A stretch of 64,000 nt of DNA from the NCBI GenBank assembly GCA_010909165.1, contig MU008175.1, positions 1,107,370 through 1,171,369 on the forward strand. The letters run 5' to 3'. This DNA comes from Anthoceros angustus. Lineage: Eukaryota > Plantae > Anthocerotophyta. The translations under genes and the position numbers were made by a program. Each line of letters opens with the position of its first letter. Position 1 is the first letter of the stretch. Under the pieces are notes generated by a model. It made no database searches and had not been told where the DNA came from. It saw only the letters and a program-made list of their open reading frames with translations. Positions 49,905 to 61,830 of this stretch are shown here, piece after piece.

Positions 49905-51855
49905 GATCAAAAGCTAGGATCCGACGAAGCCCAGCTTGTTGCCTCGAAATTTTGTGTGACTCCTATCTGGTCGAAAAGCGAAGTATGTTGCCCTCGAAAT
50001 ACTATCTGTTTGACGAAGTCCAATCCTTCACACTCGAGTCAAGCAACTGCAAGGCTGGCAACATTTAATGCGTTGCTATTATTCGAGATATGGAAAAGCT
50101 GGCCAAGATTTGTGGCATCTCCTTATCCCCCCGCAGCCGCTCTGTCAGGAAGCTGTCGTGCACATGTGTATCTTATTATTGTACTCGGCTGCAAGTGGCA
50201 TGGGGAAGGTGGTAGGGGAACTGGCCGAGAAGGGATGCAAGACGGACGTTAGATACTTTCGTTCGCATGCAGTCGTGGCAAAGCTTATGAAAACATAAAT
50301 GTACCTTTGGAGTAGTAGGTGAGCGCCAAGCCAGAAGCCCGCCAATGACGAGACTGCAGTCCTGGGCTTCCAAGAGGTCCATACAATACCACGTACATAC
50401 AAGAGTTTTAAACTTGAACTTCTAAGGGGATCCTGTAACCGGAACTCCCATTGCCATGCGTGGTATGCATAGGAAACTCGGATCAAGATTCTACGTACTG
50501 TACAGTTACAAACCCTGGCACCACTTCCAATCAGGCACCGCCCTCCTGCTCCTCGAAAAGCACTCAACAAACCTTTTTACGATCGGCGCCGTGTCCAACA
50601 TCCAAGCAGCAGGGGGTGGACGCAACAGTAGCGCAGACAAACCTAGAAGAGTAAGAGTCTCCAGACTGATGGAACGAAGACTGTGGTAACCGCACAGGAG
50701 CGTGTGAAAGCCACACTCCCTCCAGAATCCAGACAGCTGTAGCAGGCGGTGGTGGAACCGGTGAGTCGATGCATCTGCAGAAGAGTGTGATGCGCAACAG
50801 AGGGACGCGGGAAGCCGACATCCATCGGTTCCCGAATGGGGATGAGGCGGCCGTACGCGCGAGGGGAAGCCAGCTAGAAGCGAAGCGTGTGGAAGAGGAA
50901 GGTGTGGTTGAGAAACGCGTTAGACCCGACCCGACGCGAGTCGAGGAAACTCGACTCGATTCGAAGCTGCTGGACGGTTCCATGTGGCATGGGCCCCGGC
51001 AGCGACGCAGCGGACGTGCGGCGCGAGGGCAGGGTGTACGAGGGGGAGGGTGAGGTGGCGGCAGTGGGGCACGTTCTGCCACAGCCCGAACGCGGCGCCA
51101 TGTGAAGGGGTTCAATTTTTTAGCGGTATGGAACATGAGCGGGGTCGGATAAGACCAAAATATCGTGCCCTAAACTTCTGAATGGCTTGGAGTTTATGAA
51201 CTTCCAGGCCGTGAATAAGCTAGGGCGTGCAGCTTTGCCTGAAGGGGCGTGCCGAGAGTGTAGAACACACGGAATTAACCCCGCATTTAGGCTGCCACTT
51301 GCAGCCTGCCCACGGCTCCTGGCGCACTGTGTGCGCTCAGATGCGCAGATCGCGCCTCCTGGAGATGGCACCTCTTCTGCGGGTTTTCCGCGGGCCATTT
51401 CTTATACCCTTGTCCTGCCACCTCCCATGTTCATCGCAAGCGCAGCTCGCAGCTCGCAGCTCGCATTTCGCAAAGTGCCTTCTGCCTTCTGCCTGCCCTT
51501 GCTGCAGAAGGTTCGCAAGACTATTGTATCGTCTTGTATCACCTTCGGCGAATCTGCTGTCAGCAGTCTGTCAATCAATCAGTCTCGCAGTCTCTTTGTC
51601 TCGTCTTCTACCTTGTCCTGGCTCGGACTGGAAGTGGAGCACGAAATCCATGCAATCACAGCCGCAATCCGGCCCAGCGGAAGAGGAAGGAGGAGGAAGA
51701 GGAAGAGGAAGGGGAAGAGGGGAAGCCGCGGCACCGGGTCCGCCATCTCTAGCGTGAGTCGTGCCGTCCTGGACCAGCTGCCATCTTGGAGAGCGGATCC
51801 TTGGAACAGCCATAGCCCGTAGCTAGGAGGAGGGAAGGACGCGAATTGTTCCGGG

Positions 51856-53074
51856 ATGGCGAATCCCACGGCGGTGAAGCTTGTGCTGGCGGTGCTTGCG
51901 CTGCTGGCCGCGGCCGGGAACGCGCAGCTGTCGGCGACTTTCTATCAGAAGAGTTGCCCGAACGCGGCGGCAATCATCAAACAGGCTGTGTTGGACCAGT
52001 TCAATCAGGATCAGTTCGAGGTGCCGTCGGTGCTCCGCCTCTGCTTCCACGACGCCTTCGCGGGAAATGTGAGTCTCCGTTCTTTCGCATTGCGACGCGC
52101 AGGCCCGGCTGGATCTGGCAGAGGAGGGATCTGGATTTGCTGACGGTGATGCGGCTGGTGCAGGGAATCGACGGAGGCATCCTCATCACAGGCTCCAAGT
52201 CGGAGCAGGTGGCGGAAGGCAACACGGATCTGGCGATCAACGGGTTCGACGCCATAGCCAACGTGAAGGCGGCGGTGGAGGCCAAATGCAAGGGCGTGGT
52301 GTCGTGCTCCGACATCCTGGCGCAGGCCTGCCGGGACGTGGTGGTGCTGGCGGGCGGGCCGACCTGGGACGTTAGGTTCGGGCGCAGGGACACCAGGGTG
52401 GCGCTGGCCAGCAACGTGCACCTTCCCGGCGGGGACACGAGCCTGGACCAGATCATCGCCGACTTCCAGAAGATCGGCCTAACAGCGCACGACGTGGTGA
52501 CGCTGTCCGGTGAGCGATTCTATTCTGTGCTGCGATTGCTTCTTCAAATCTTGCTTCGCCTTCTTCAAGTTTGAATGTAACTTGGGAGTGGAAAAAACTT
52601 TGCAACCAACGTGCGGAACGTGGGAGGAATCTGAGTTGTTTCTTCATCTTTCTGCCTGCAGGCGCGCATACGGTCGGATTCGCTCACTGCCACTCCTTGG
52701 TCAATAGGCTGTACAACTTCAACAGCACTGTGCAGACGGACCCGGCGCTGGACCCGGCGCTGGCCCAGCAGCTCAAGGACACATGCCCCCAGAAGAACTT
52801 CGACCAGAACGTGGTGGTGCCGCTAGACCCCAACAGCGTCTTCAAGTTCGACAGGATCTTCTACAAGAATCTGCGGGTGGGGCAGGGGGTGCTGGCGTCG
52901 GACCAGATTCTGGCGAGCGATCGACGCACGAAAGGCCTTGTCAAGAAGTACTCCAAGAACACCAAGACCTTCTTCACCGCCTTCGCGGATGCCATGGTGC
53001 GCATGAGCGAGGCCAACGTGCTGACGGGCACGCAGGGAGAAATCCGCTTGGTCTGCTCCAAAATCAACAAGTGA
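51856..53074 (+). CDS. Class III secretory peroxidase (323 aa); exons 51856-52068, 52164-52509, 52662-53074
   Basis: Signal peptide; QLSATFYQKSCP; RLCFHD; VVSCSDILA; GGPTWDVRFGRRD; LSGAHTVGFAHC; SDQIL; GEIRLVCSKIN. Confidence 0.97.
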
Positions 53075-53411
53075 AGGCTAGGATCCCATTCCACAGTCGA
53101 ACAAAGCCTGAAGAATTTGGAATTCAACACTCGACTGCTCTAGGTTAGGTAACTGACCTTACCATTATTTCAGCTTGCTCCAACATCTGCAGGCAGCGCC
53201 ACAATAAGGCAGCATGCCTCAGTTAACCCGTTGCCATCTGCGGTGGGATGGGAATCTGTGTGCTTGCCCATACCCGCTCGCCCAATTACTGGGCCTTCTC
53301 TTTGTACTTAAAAAATTCTTTTGCTGCTTGTAAATCAATCAAGTGTTCCACACACAACCTCCAGCCTGCTCAATTAGAACACACCCTCCAGCATGTGTTT
53401 CTTTATCACCA

Positions 53412-55394
53412 TCACCTTCCACCTTCGGACTGTAGCTTTGAGCTCAACATTCCTACCAGCGCATGCAGCTGCTGATGTTGTGGATGCCGGCGGTCTCCCA
53501 CCACGAAAGTGTGTACCTTCTGCTCGTGCTCTATCCAGCTCTCACCAGGCTTCTTCCAGGCACCTTGGGCTTGCCTGAGACTGTGAACCTCCGCTGCCCT
53601 GTCCAGCAAGCCGGCATCTGCGTACATGTGAGACATGAGCACGTAGGACAGGGGATGTTTCGGCTGCAGCTGCACTGCTTGCTTGAAGGCTTCTTCACCC
53701 AGAGCTATGTTGCCATGCTTTCGGCAAGCTCCCATGACGCACAGCCATGTGGATAGGTCAGGTTGCATGGGCATGCTTGACATGAGCTCTTGCAGCCTGG
53801 AGAAGCGTCCGGCACGGCCCAAGAGGTCGATCATGGTGCCGTAGTGCCCCGTGTTTGGGGTGATGTTGTAGTCCCTGCTCATGGATTCCAAGTACTTCTC
53901 GCCTTGCTCCACCAGGCCGGCATGGCTGCAAGCGGAGAGGAGTGAAAGGAAAGTGACCTCGTCTGGCCTGGTTCCAGCCATCTGTAGATGCTGGAAACAC
54001 TGCACCGCTTCCTCACCGTACCCGTGCTGCGCGTAGGCCGAGATCATGGCACTCCATGTCACCACGTCTTTTCTAGGCAAGCTCTGGAAAACTCGGCAGG
54101 CGTCCTCCAAGCTCCCACATTTAGCGTACATGTCCACCAGACTGTTCCCGACAAGCAAGGCAGCATCCAGACCTCGGGCTTGAGTCTGGGAGTGCAGCTG
54201 CCTCCCCTGGTGCAGGGCTCCCATGCTGGCGCAGGCCTTTAACAGGCATGCGAATGCGACATGGTCGGCTAGGCTGATGCCCTCCTGCAGCATGCTTGCA
54301 TAGAGATTGAGGGACTCCTGGCCGAGCCCATGCTGAGCATATCCTGCGATCATGGCAGTCCAGGCCACTACATCTTTCTCGGACAGCTTGTCGAACACCC
54401 GGCGGGCATCCTCCAGGGTGCCACATTTGGCATACATGTCCACCAGGCAGCTTCCAATCACAACATCAGCTTCCAATCCCCGGTCCTGTATCAGAGCATG
54501 CAGCTCCCTGCCATCCTGCAAAGCTCCGATGCTGGCACAAGCTTTCACAAGGCAGGCAAGTGTGACATGGTCGGCGACTGTCACCCCCTCCTGCTGCATG
54601 CTCGCATAAAGGGACAGGGATTCCTGACCACGCCCATGCTGCAAGTACCCTCCTATCATGGCAGTCCAGGACACAACATCCTTGGTGGGCATCTGGTCAA
54701 ACACTCTGCGGGCATCCTCCAGGCTGCCACATTTGGAGTACATGTCCACCAGGCAGTTGCCCACAAACACATTGGGCTCCAAGCCAGAGCGCACAACATC
54801 AGCATGGACTTCCTGACCAGATGCCAAATCTGCTGCAGCTGTACATGCTTTCAGAGCAGCCACAAACACATGGTTGTCGGCATTTGCACCCGACTCTCGC
54901 ATGCTTCGGTACAGTGTCACGGCCTGTGCAGGCTGTCCAAGTTCACCATGGGCCAAAATGATGGACACCCACATGAACGAGTCAGGTGTAGCCAGCCTGG
55001 TGAACACCTGCATTGCCTCATGCAGCCTCCTCTGAGAAGCGTACATGCGGATGACGTGGTTGGCCAAAAAAGTGTTGGACTCGTATCCACTTTTCACGCT
55101 CAGAGCATGAACTCGCTTCCCAGAATTCAAATCCCTTTGCCGAATGCACCTGCTCAAAGCAGCATAAAAGAGAGCTGAGGGAATGTAAAATCCTTGCTCG
55201 ACGGCCTGCCTCACCTGCTCCTCCTCATTCTCAATCCAGCTCGGCCTAGGCTTCTCCCTTTCCCGTTCCCGTTCCCTTTCCACCTGTTTCACCTCCTTTG
55301 CGCAGTCCAACCAGGCAGCACCTTGGGCAGAAATCGTCCTCAACTGTCTGTCCTCACAAGTTCTGCTCCAAGTTGCTATCTGCTTCATACCCAA
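53412..55394 (-). CDS. PLS-class PPR E+ protein (660 aa)
   Basis: PLS repeats, E1 LSTWLCVMGACRKHG, E2, WKKPGESWIEHE; ends ...SKLQSEGGR before the deaminase site. Confidence 0.93.
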   Translation of the reverse strand: MGMKQIATWSRTCEDRQLRTISAQGAAWLDCAKEVKQVEREREREREKPRPSWIENEEEQVRQAVEQGFYIPSALFYAALSRCIRQRDLNSGKRVHALSVKSGYESNTFLANHVIRMYASQRRLHEAMQVFTRLATPDSFMWVSIILAHGELGQPAQAVTLYRSMRESGANADNHVFVAALKACTAAADLASGQEVHADVVRSGLEPNVFVGNCLVDMYSKCGSLEDARRVFDQMPTKDVVSWTAMIGGYLQHGRGQESLSLYASMQQEGVTVADHVTLACLVKACASIGALQDGRELHALIQDRGLEADVVIGSCLVDMYAKCGTLEDARRVFDKLSEKDVVAWTAMIAGYAQHGLGQESLNLYASMLQEGISLADHVAFACLLKACASMGALHQGRQLHSQTQARGLDAALLVGNSLVDMYAKCGSLEDACRVFQSLPRKDVVTWSAMISAYAQHGYGEEAVQCFQHLQMAGTRPDEVTFLSLLSACSHAGLVEQGEKYLESMSRDYNITPNTGHYGTMIDLLGRAGRFSRLQELMSSMPMQPDLSTWLCVMGACRKHGNIALGEEAFKQAVQLQPKHPLSYVLMSHMYADAGLLDRAAEVHSLRQAQGAWKKPGESWIEHEQKVHTFVVGDRRHPQHQQLHALVGMLSSKLQSEGGR

Positions 55395-55999
55395 CGTGGT
55401 GAAGCAGTTTCCTGCTGCTGTGGTTTTCTGTTTGGTTCACAACCTCCCGACACACAATTTTCCCGTCTCCAAGCCCTACAAATACTGGCGCCATGAATCC
55501 GCTTTGGCCTTCAGGCGAGCAGCAACGAAGAGCTCCACCAAGCAATCCACATCAATGGCCTAGCCCTCATCCCATGAAGTGCGAATCGTGGATGCAAATA
55601 GTCGATGCCGGATTGCAACTTCGTCGAGTCTCTTAGGACATTGCGTGCTACAAATCTCACTCCAAACGCAGTAGTCGCCCTGCAGCACATCGCCGTTCGT
55701 TTCAAGTTGGGTGTCAACTTCAGTTTAGCGCATAGGCGTGACCTGGAGCGGACGTGCTGGAATTTCGAACGCAAAAAAGAATTGAAAGGACCATGTGTAC
55801 ATATGTACGTGGAAATGGAGGTTCCTTTACGGCAAGGTGTGATATGTACGAGGGTTCTACCTGGCGATCAGCTGCAACGAGTCCAGCAAGCCCAAAGCAT
55901 GCAAGAGTGAAAGGAACAGCCAGAACCCCTTCCTCACTGCGCTATTCTGAGGTCCGTGTTGATGACACCTCTCAGCTGCAGCCTGGAACCTTGAGCTCT

Positions 56000-57756
56000 T
56001 CATCTAAAAAAGAATTTCCAGATCTCCCGCACATTCGAGCTGCCATCGGCAAACTCTGCCACCAGATGAGCCCCCATGATACCTGGACACATCAACCGCA
56101 GGCATCAGGCTACCCGGAACAAGTTGCTGCCATTGGTGACTCTCAAAGGTTTGTCAAAATACAAACCTTCTTCCTCCACGACGCTCTTAAACTGTCTGCT
56201 GCCACCCCCAACACCGAAATAATGCTTCTTGGCAGCCATATACACCACACCATACGAAGGTCTGAGACACTACAAAAAAAGGGAGCCACCAAAGAATCAA
56301 TGGTTAAGCTCTGGCTTGGGCTTGCCACAAACATGAAGGACAGGGAACCAACAACACAAGCACCAACCTTCTTTATCAAAGCGTACAGCTTGGGTAGAGA
56401 GGGAAGGGAGTAAACAGTTTCTGACATCAAGATGATGTCGTACCCGCCTTCACCCTCGCTGGTATCAACTGCCCTGTCACAAGCTCTACTGCCAGAGCGA
56501 CTTCTCAACCGAGACCTGACTCCTTCAGTGGGAGGCTGAGTACCATTTGCGGGAGTGGAGGCAATGTCATCACCGCTAGTACTCCTATTGAGCAGCACAT
56601 CTCCATCACCAAAGGAAAATTTAAATTCTGCACTGTTGCCATCGTCAGTGAACTCGGAAGCTTGGCTCGCGTGGACAACAGACAGTAGATGGTGAACATC
56701 ACTCCAATCACCAGCAAAGAACCGCACTTCAGGGCTGAGCTCCTTCAGCTCCTTGGACCTTGACGACAGGTGAGCATCACTCAGCCGTGGAGTCCTTGCC
56801 GGGGAGTTCTCCAAGGTGTTAACATTCACATTCGGGATCGTGAGGGACTTCAAAACGGCCGCATTGAAGTCTTGAAAGTGAACAGCTGACGCTCCCTAAA
56901 ATAAGACACGACACCGATACAGAGACGTCGGTCAGAACGGTCCACAGCAGTAGAAAGCCAACCTGTCGAGGCAAGAAAAAGGACATAACACAACTAACCT
57001 TCAAACAGGCAAGAATGCCAGGAAGCCCATGCCCGCAACCCAGCTGATAACATGTGCCGCACATGGCATGTGTCAGAACCACGTGAATGCTAACAAAAAT
57101 CCCAACACAGCAGTAACAAAGAAACAAACCTCTAGCACCCGCTTCCCCCGAAAAGTGAGCCTTCCATCCTGAATTTCTCGACGAAGAGTTTCAATCAAGT
57201 CAATGGTGCACTCCCAGAGCTTGAACCCTCCTGTTAAAACCAGCACGACGCATGCTCCAGTCACTCCCACCGGTGACAGGCGGGACCTTGGGAATCGCAG
57301 GGGGACAAAGAGGTTCAGAATTTTACCCTCATACTTCCCAGGCACAAGGTCAGTATTGGACACACCAAGAGCAGCAGCTGCACTAACTCTGCCCTGCGAT
57401 GTGGCAACACATCAAACACATCAGACATCTGGTGACATAAATTGGCCTACATGCTCCAGCTTGACCAGCGTTGTACTACCTTGAGAAGAGTGAGCCCCCG
57501 CTGAAGCGCAACTGTTTCTGTCACGTACGTCTTGGACGTCACTTCCTGCAGATCACCCAGTCCATCAGGGCACGGCAACCAAGACCATCCCGTACAGAAT
57601 CAAAGCTGAAAGGCAGGGTACCTCGTCCTGGAAAACCTCCTCAGCGGGAGGAGGAGGGGCCGCAGGCGCAGCAGGAGCCTGGTTGATGAGCTCCTTTTCC
57701 GGATCCTGAACCACACAGTGCGTGGTGAGGCACGCAAGGAAGGAGGGAGCCTTCAT
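56000..57756 (-). CDS. METTL18: Histidine protein methyltransferase 1 homolog (METTL18/HPM1 family), multi-exon
   Basis: SNTDLVPGKYE|GGFKLWECTIDL...TFRGKRVLE|LGCGHGLPGILACLK|..HFQDFNAAVL...RFFAGDWS...YDIILMSETVY...AAKKHYFGVGGGSR...SNVREIWKFFFR*. Start taken at MKAPSFL; may extend upstream. Confidence 0.9.
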
Positions 57757-59293
57757 ATTATGCTGGTCTCCCTTCTCCTCGACGGTGGAAGGCACGCAGG
57801 CTCGCTCCTGACGGCAGCCGGTGTCACAAGCTGATGAGCAAGGGGACGGGGACGGGGAGGCGCACCTCACAGTCGCCGGCGGCGGCGGCAAAGTTGAAGC
57901 GGAATGGCAGCCCGCCCCCGCCCCAATCCATCACCTCCTGCAGCTGCCCTCTGCTATCCTCTGCCCTGCTCTGCTTTGTGCGCTGCTACAAGGCTTGCAA
58001 CCGTTCCATGGAAGTCGGATCCAATCTTAAACAACACAAAAATTGTGCTACTGAATTCTTGCGCCTCCTGTTGCGCTTCGCCTGGGACCTCCTGATTGGC
58101 CAGGCGTACAGAAGGCATTTCCAGTCAAACGTTTGGGGCCTACAGCTTTGATGACATAGAATCGCGTGCGCGTTGGCGAAAACACACAGAAATCGTGGCC
58201 GCTGTCTCCCAGACCTTTCCAACATGACATCAACCCTAATCGGACATGGACAAGGTGCGACAAGGTGCTCGCTTTCTCCCAGAAGCAACTGCGGCAATGA
58301 AGCTGTGCATCGAGCGCGGGATTGGAGACATTCAACCAAAGGAAACGCAGGTGCCAGGGATTAGCAGAGATGCTGCTGGGCGGAACACGACATGACGTTC
58401 GCCAATGTGGACCGTGTTCTGTCGTTGTTTCGATGCGTCAGCTTCGATGCGTCAGCTCTGGAAGTTGTGATTGCACGAATGTAAGAAACAGGGCCAATTG
58501 AGCGGCATTCAGATCTCTGTCGATGCATCTTGGAGGACGTGTGAGTACGTAAGAGGCAGCACACACCTTTGGCCATGAACATGATCGTGCTGCAGTGATT
58601 GGTCGCTGGAGATGTTAGGCACCGTAAGGGTTGTGGCACATGTATGGAAAGCACGTAAGAGAGGAAACGAGAAATATCGGCTCGCATGCGTGAGTCTCAC
58701 CGACTGTTGTGTGACATCGGGGTTGGATTATCAACATCTGATTATACAGGTGCACATAACTTTACTTTGATCTGCAACACAGCTCTAATTGACAGCGGGG
58801 TGTATTGCCTAACAACCGGGCTGCGAGGTTAGCGTGTGCCTAGAATTGAAACAATGAAATGGTCAGTATTCACATTTCTATTCGACCACAACAAGAGTTC
58901 TAAATATTTACACAGTTTGTATAGCTTCAGTATTGATGGCTCTGCTTTGCCCGGGTTGCGGGGGAACCTCGTCGTGGCTTGCCTCCGACCGCCTAGTGCC
59001 TACTCACTGCAAGAGTGCAGGCCATGCATGACCTGCTTGCTCCACAGATGCTCGCTGCTCCACTGCCACACATTCAACCTCAATTTTTACGTCATGCGCA
59101 TTCAGTATACATTTTGGGCACACGTATTGACACCAGCATAATTACAGAGTCTTTTCAGACCCAACAATCAACTAGCCCTTCTCGTTTGCAGGAAGAGTCA
59201 CGGTAGGAAAGGATGATGGGGGGTGGAATCTGTCTTTTGCTTTTGGTATGCCCTGCAGACAGACACAAGCCCAGCCCTCAGTTTGGAACACAA

Positions 59294-60075
59294 TTACGCA
59301 GAGGGGGGGCGGTAGACATAACCAGACTTGTATGCAATAGCTAACCTCTTGGCTCGATATGCACCTAGTGACACGGTGGTGAAAATCATGGCCACAAACG
59401 GAAGGCCCGCAAGGACGTAGTAAGCTCGGCTGCCCTTCCTTACCAGCCCGACTGGAGGTCTCCCACCTGGAAAACACGACAAAGATGATGATACCTCGCC
59501 TCCAAACACAGTTCACACGTCGGGGTCCAACACTCAACGAAAACCTTGCAAAGGTTCAGTGTCGAATGGAATTTGTTCCTTACCAGCAGCATATCCCCCT
59601 GCTGAATAAAACGAGCCAGACTTCCAAGCTGCATATGAAAGCACATTGAGCCGCCATCTGTAAGATCAAAGCAGGCAATAGAATAAATCCAAGAGCTACC
59701 TACATACCTTTGTTGAGGCAGGTGTACGCTTCCGTAACCTGAACCCAAACATAATCTAGTCAGTTGAGCAAGGGAGAGACGTGTAGGCAAGCGGAGGAGA
59801 CGGAGTGAATGGAACAGACCTCTTTGAAAGCAGTTTCAGCCTCAAGCTTCTTATTGGGAGGTAAGAGATCCGGGTGACATTCCAGAGCTTTCTTCTTGTA
59901 CGCTTCCTTCACCTGTCGCAGACGACGAAACAGGCCAGGCAGGCACATGAGTACATCCCTGGATGCAGCACTCTCCCAACAGTCAGCACAGGTTTGCTCC
60001 TCTGAGAAGCTGTACCTCCTGCAGAGTGGCGCCGGGGAGAAGGCCTAGAACGGCTTTCGCATCATCCACATGCAT
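59294..60075 (-). CDS. Small type III J-domain (DnaJ) protein with C-terminal hydrophobic segment, multi-exon
   Basis: MHVDDAKAVLGLLPGATLQE|VKEAYKKKALECHPDLLPPNKKLEAETAFKE|VTEAYTCLNK|...VLAGLPFVAMIFTTVSLGAYRAKRL; HPD motif intact. Confidence 0.85.
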
Positions 60076-60699
60076 CGCTCAATTCGGAGAACCAAAAATC
60101 CCTGTCCCAACGGCTCAGGGTTTCACAGACTTCCTGTTCGAAATTTGCTCCCTCTCACGAAAATCCTTCTCAACATCAATGGTGCGTCGAGCCACAGTTC
60201 CCAGCCTCTTCCTTATCCTTCCTGCCAAGCCAAGGAGCGCTATTCCAGGAAGACATACCGATCACGACCTGAGGACGTCCGCCATGCTCAGCTACGACAA
60301 GTTCGGGTGCCGTAGCTCCCGCCCTGATGAGCGCCCAAACAAAGCGCGAATCACAACCCTAGGCTCCTCGCCCTGCCGGGCTACGAGTCGAGCTTGCTGT
60401 GACGTCGTCTCACCTAGGCTCCACCCTGTTCAGTAGTCACGACGAAGAACCGAGAGGGTACGGAAAGCCCTAAGAGTACGAAGGGCGTGGCCTGCCAAGT
60501 ACATACTGAAATTCCGTATATACGCGCATACTTGCTAATTGCAAGAAGAAGAAGAAGAGGTGATGTCGCGCCATGGCATGGCATTGCATGGCATTGCCTT
60601 CATCGTCGCAGCCGCGGTGTTCACGCCCTGGGGTGGGGGTAGCAGCGGGAGCTGATGCAAGTTGCAGGTCCGAGGTGCGCGCATGCTCCATGTTTACGG

Positions 60700-61830
60700 A
60701 CTACGACCAGCGGAGAAATCATGGCATGCGGTGATTCCAAGCTAGTTGGCTCTGCCAGACAAGCATGCGCCAATGGCGAGGGAGCAATAGATTCATGTCT
60801 CCACCTCACCTGCTCCAGTTCCTAGCGTGGCATGAAGATCGGTTTCGTGGCCAGTCCGGTGTCATAGTTCTTGAGGTTTGCCAAACCCGGAGGTTCACCA
60901 GATTCAAATTTGTCACCACTTCCAGATCTGAGTCCGAATTCCACTAGGTATGGAGCCAGGTTGGTCAATCTATGGCTGCGGACGAGTCAAGCTCCATGCG
61001 CAGGCGTGCCGCGAGGATCGGTGTTGGAGCCTATGCAGGCACGGCTTCAGATTTGGGAGTGCCGAGGTTTGCCAACAAGGGCGCCGTGAAAGATTTGGCC
61101 ACTTGCAACTTGGTGGCCTCGATATTTCCATCCAGGCCTCCGCGTGGTTGCGAAAGATTTGGTGTGCTCCCCGTGAGCAGGGCGTACCAACCCGACAGAA
61201 GGAGCACCAATCGGGGGGAAGAAACAGATCTCATGTACATGTGCTGGCGGCCGCGCGATAATTGCTTGGAGGGCTCCTTGGCATGTGATGCCCACGTTCT
61301 GCCCACATCCTCCCTTCATACGCAACTCACGACATGTAGGCCGGGAGCGGCGAGACATTGCCGTGCTGGCGGGGTGATTTGCGGCAAGGAGGCCTGGCCA
61401 TGTGAAGAGATCCATGTCCCATGTATATCACGTGAAGAGCATATATGTGCCTTGCCATGGTTGGAGCTCTCCTCCGGCCTTGTTGGTTTTGAGGTGCCAA
61501 ATCTTTGCTCCAGAAATGATCTGCTGCCAGGAACAAATCGACGTTGCACATGCAGGACGCGACACGCGCCGAGCTCACACAAGAAGTTTACTCTTGGTAT
61601 TGCAGAGCTGCGAGCGGCTGAGCTGCCTGTCGGGGGTGTCTGATACTAATGGGGTGCCGCCTACGATGCCGCATAGACCGGGGTCAGGAATCTTCATTCG
61701 CTCCTTCAGCTCCGAAAGTATCTTTCTCGTCCAGGGCTTTTCGCGAAAAGGCATGTCCTTTCTCGTGCAGGGCTTTCCTGGCACAAGCCCAAACACTCCG
61801 CCCTCTTGTGTCTTCACTGCCATGTGTAAT
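60700..61830 (-). pseudogene. Possible decayed coding sequence with weak LRR-like periodicity (partly duplicated at 63550-64000)
   Basis: Fragments such as LQVAKSFTAPLLANL, LTNLAPYL, GLANLKNY, ALPNLKPW are spread over several frames with many stops. Confidence 0.2.

Noticed and set aside
49950-50900. Several 60-190-aa ORFs after the 1269-aa PPR; considered as a separated DYW exon
   Set aside because: No HxE, CxxC or DYW/DRH/GRP motif in the translations provided; no other family recognised.
58360-58700. AHTFGH-like and other short motifs suggesting a peroxidase remnant
   Set aside because: Only a few residues match and are surrounded by stops; chance similarity is likely.
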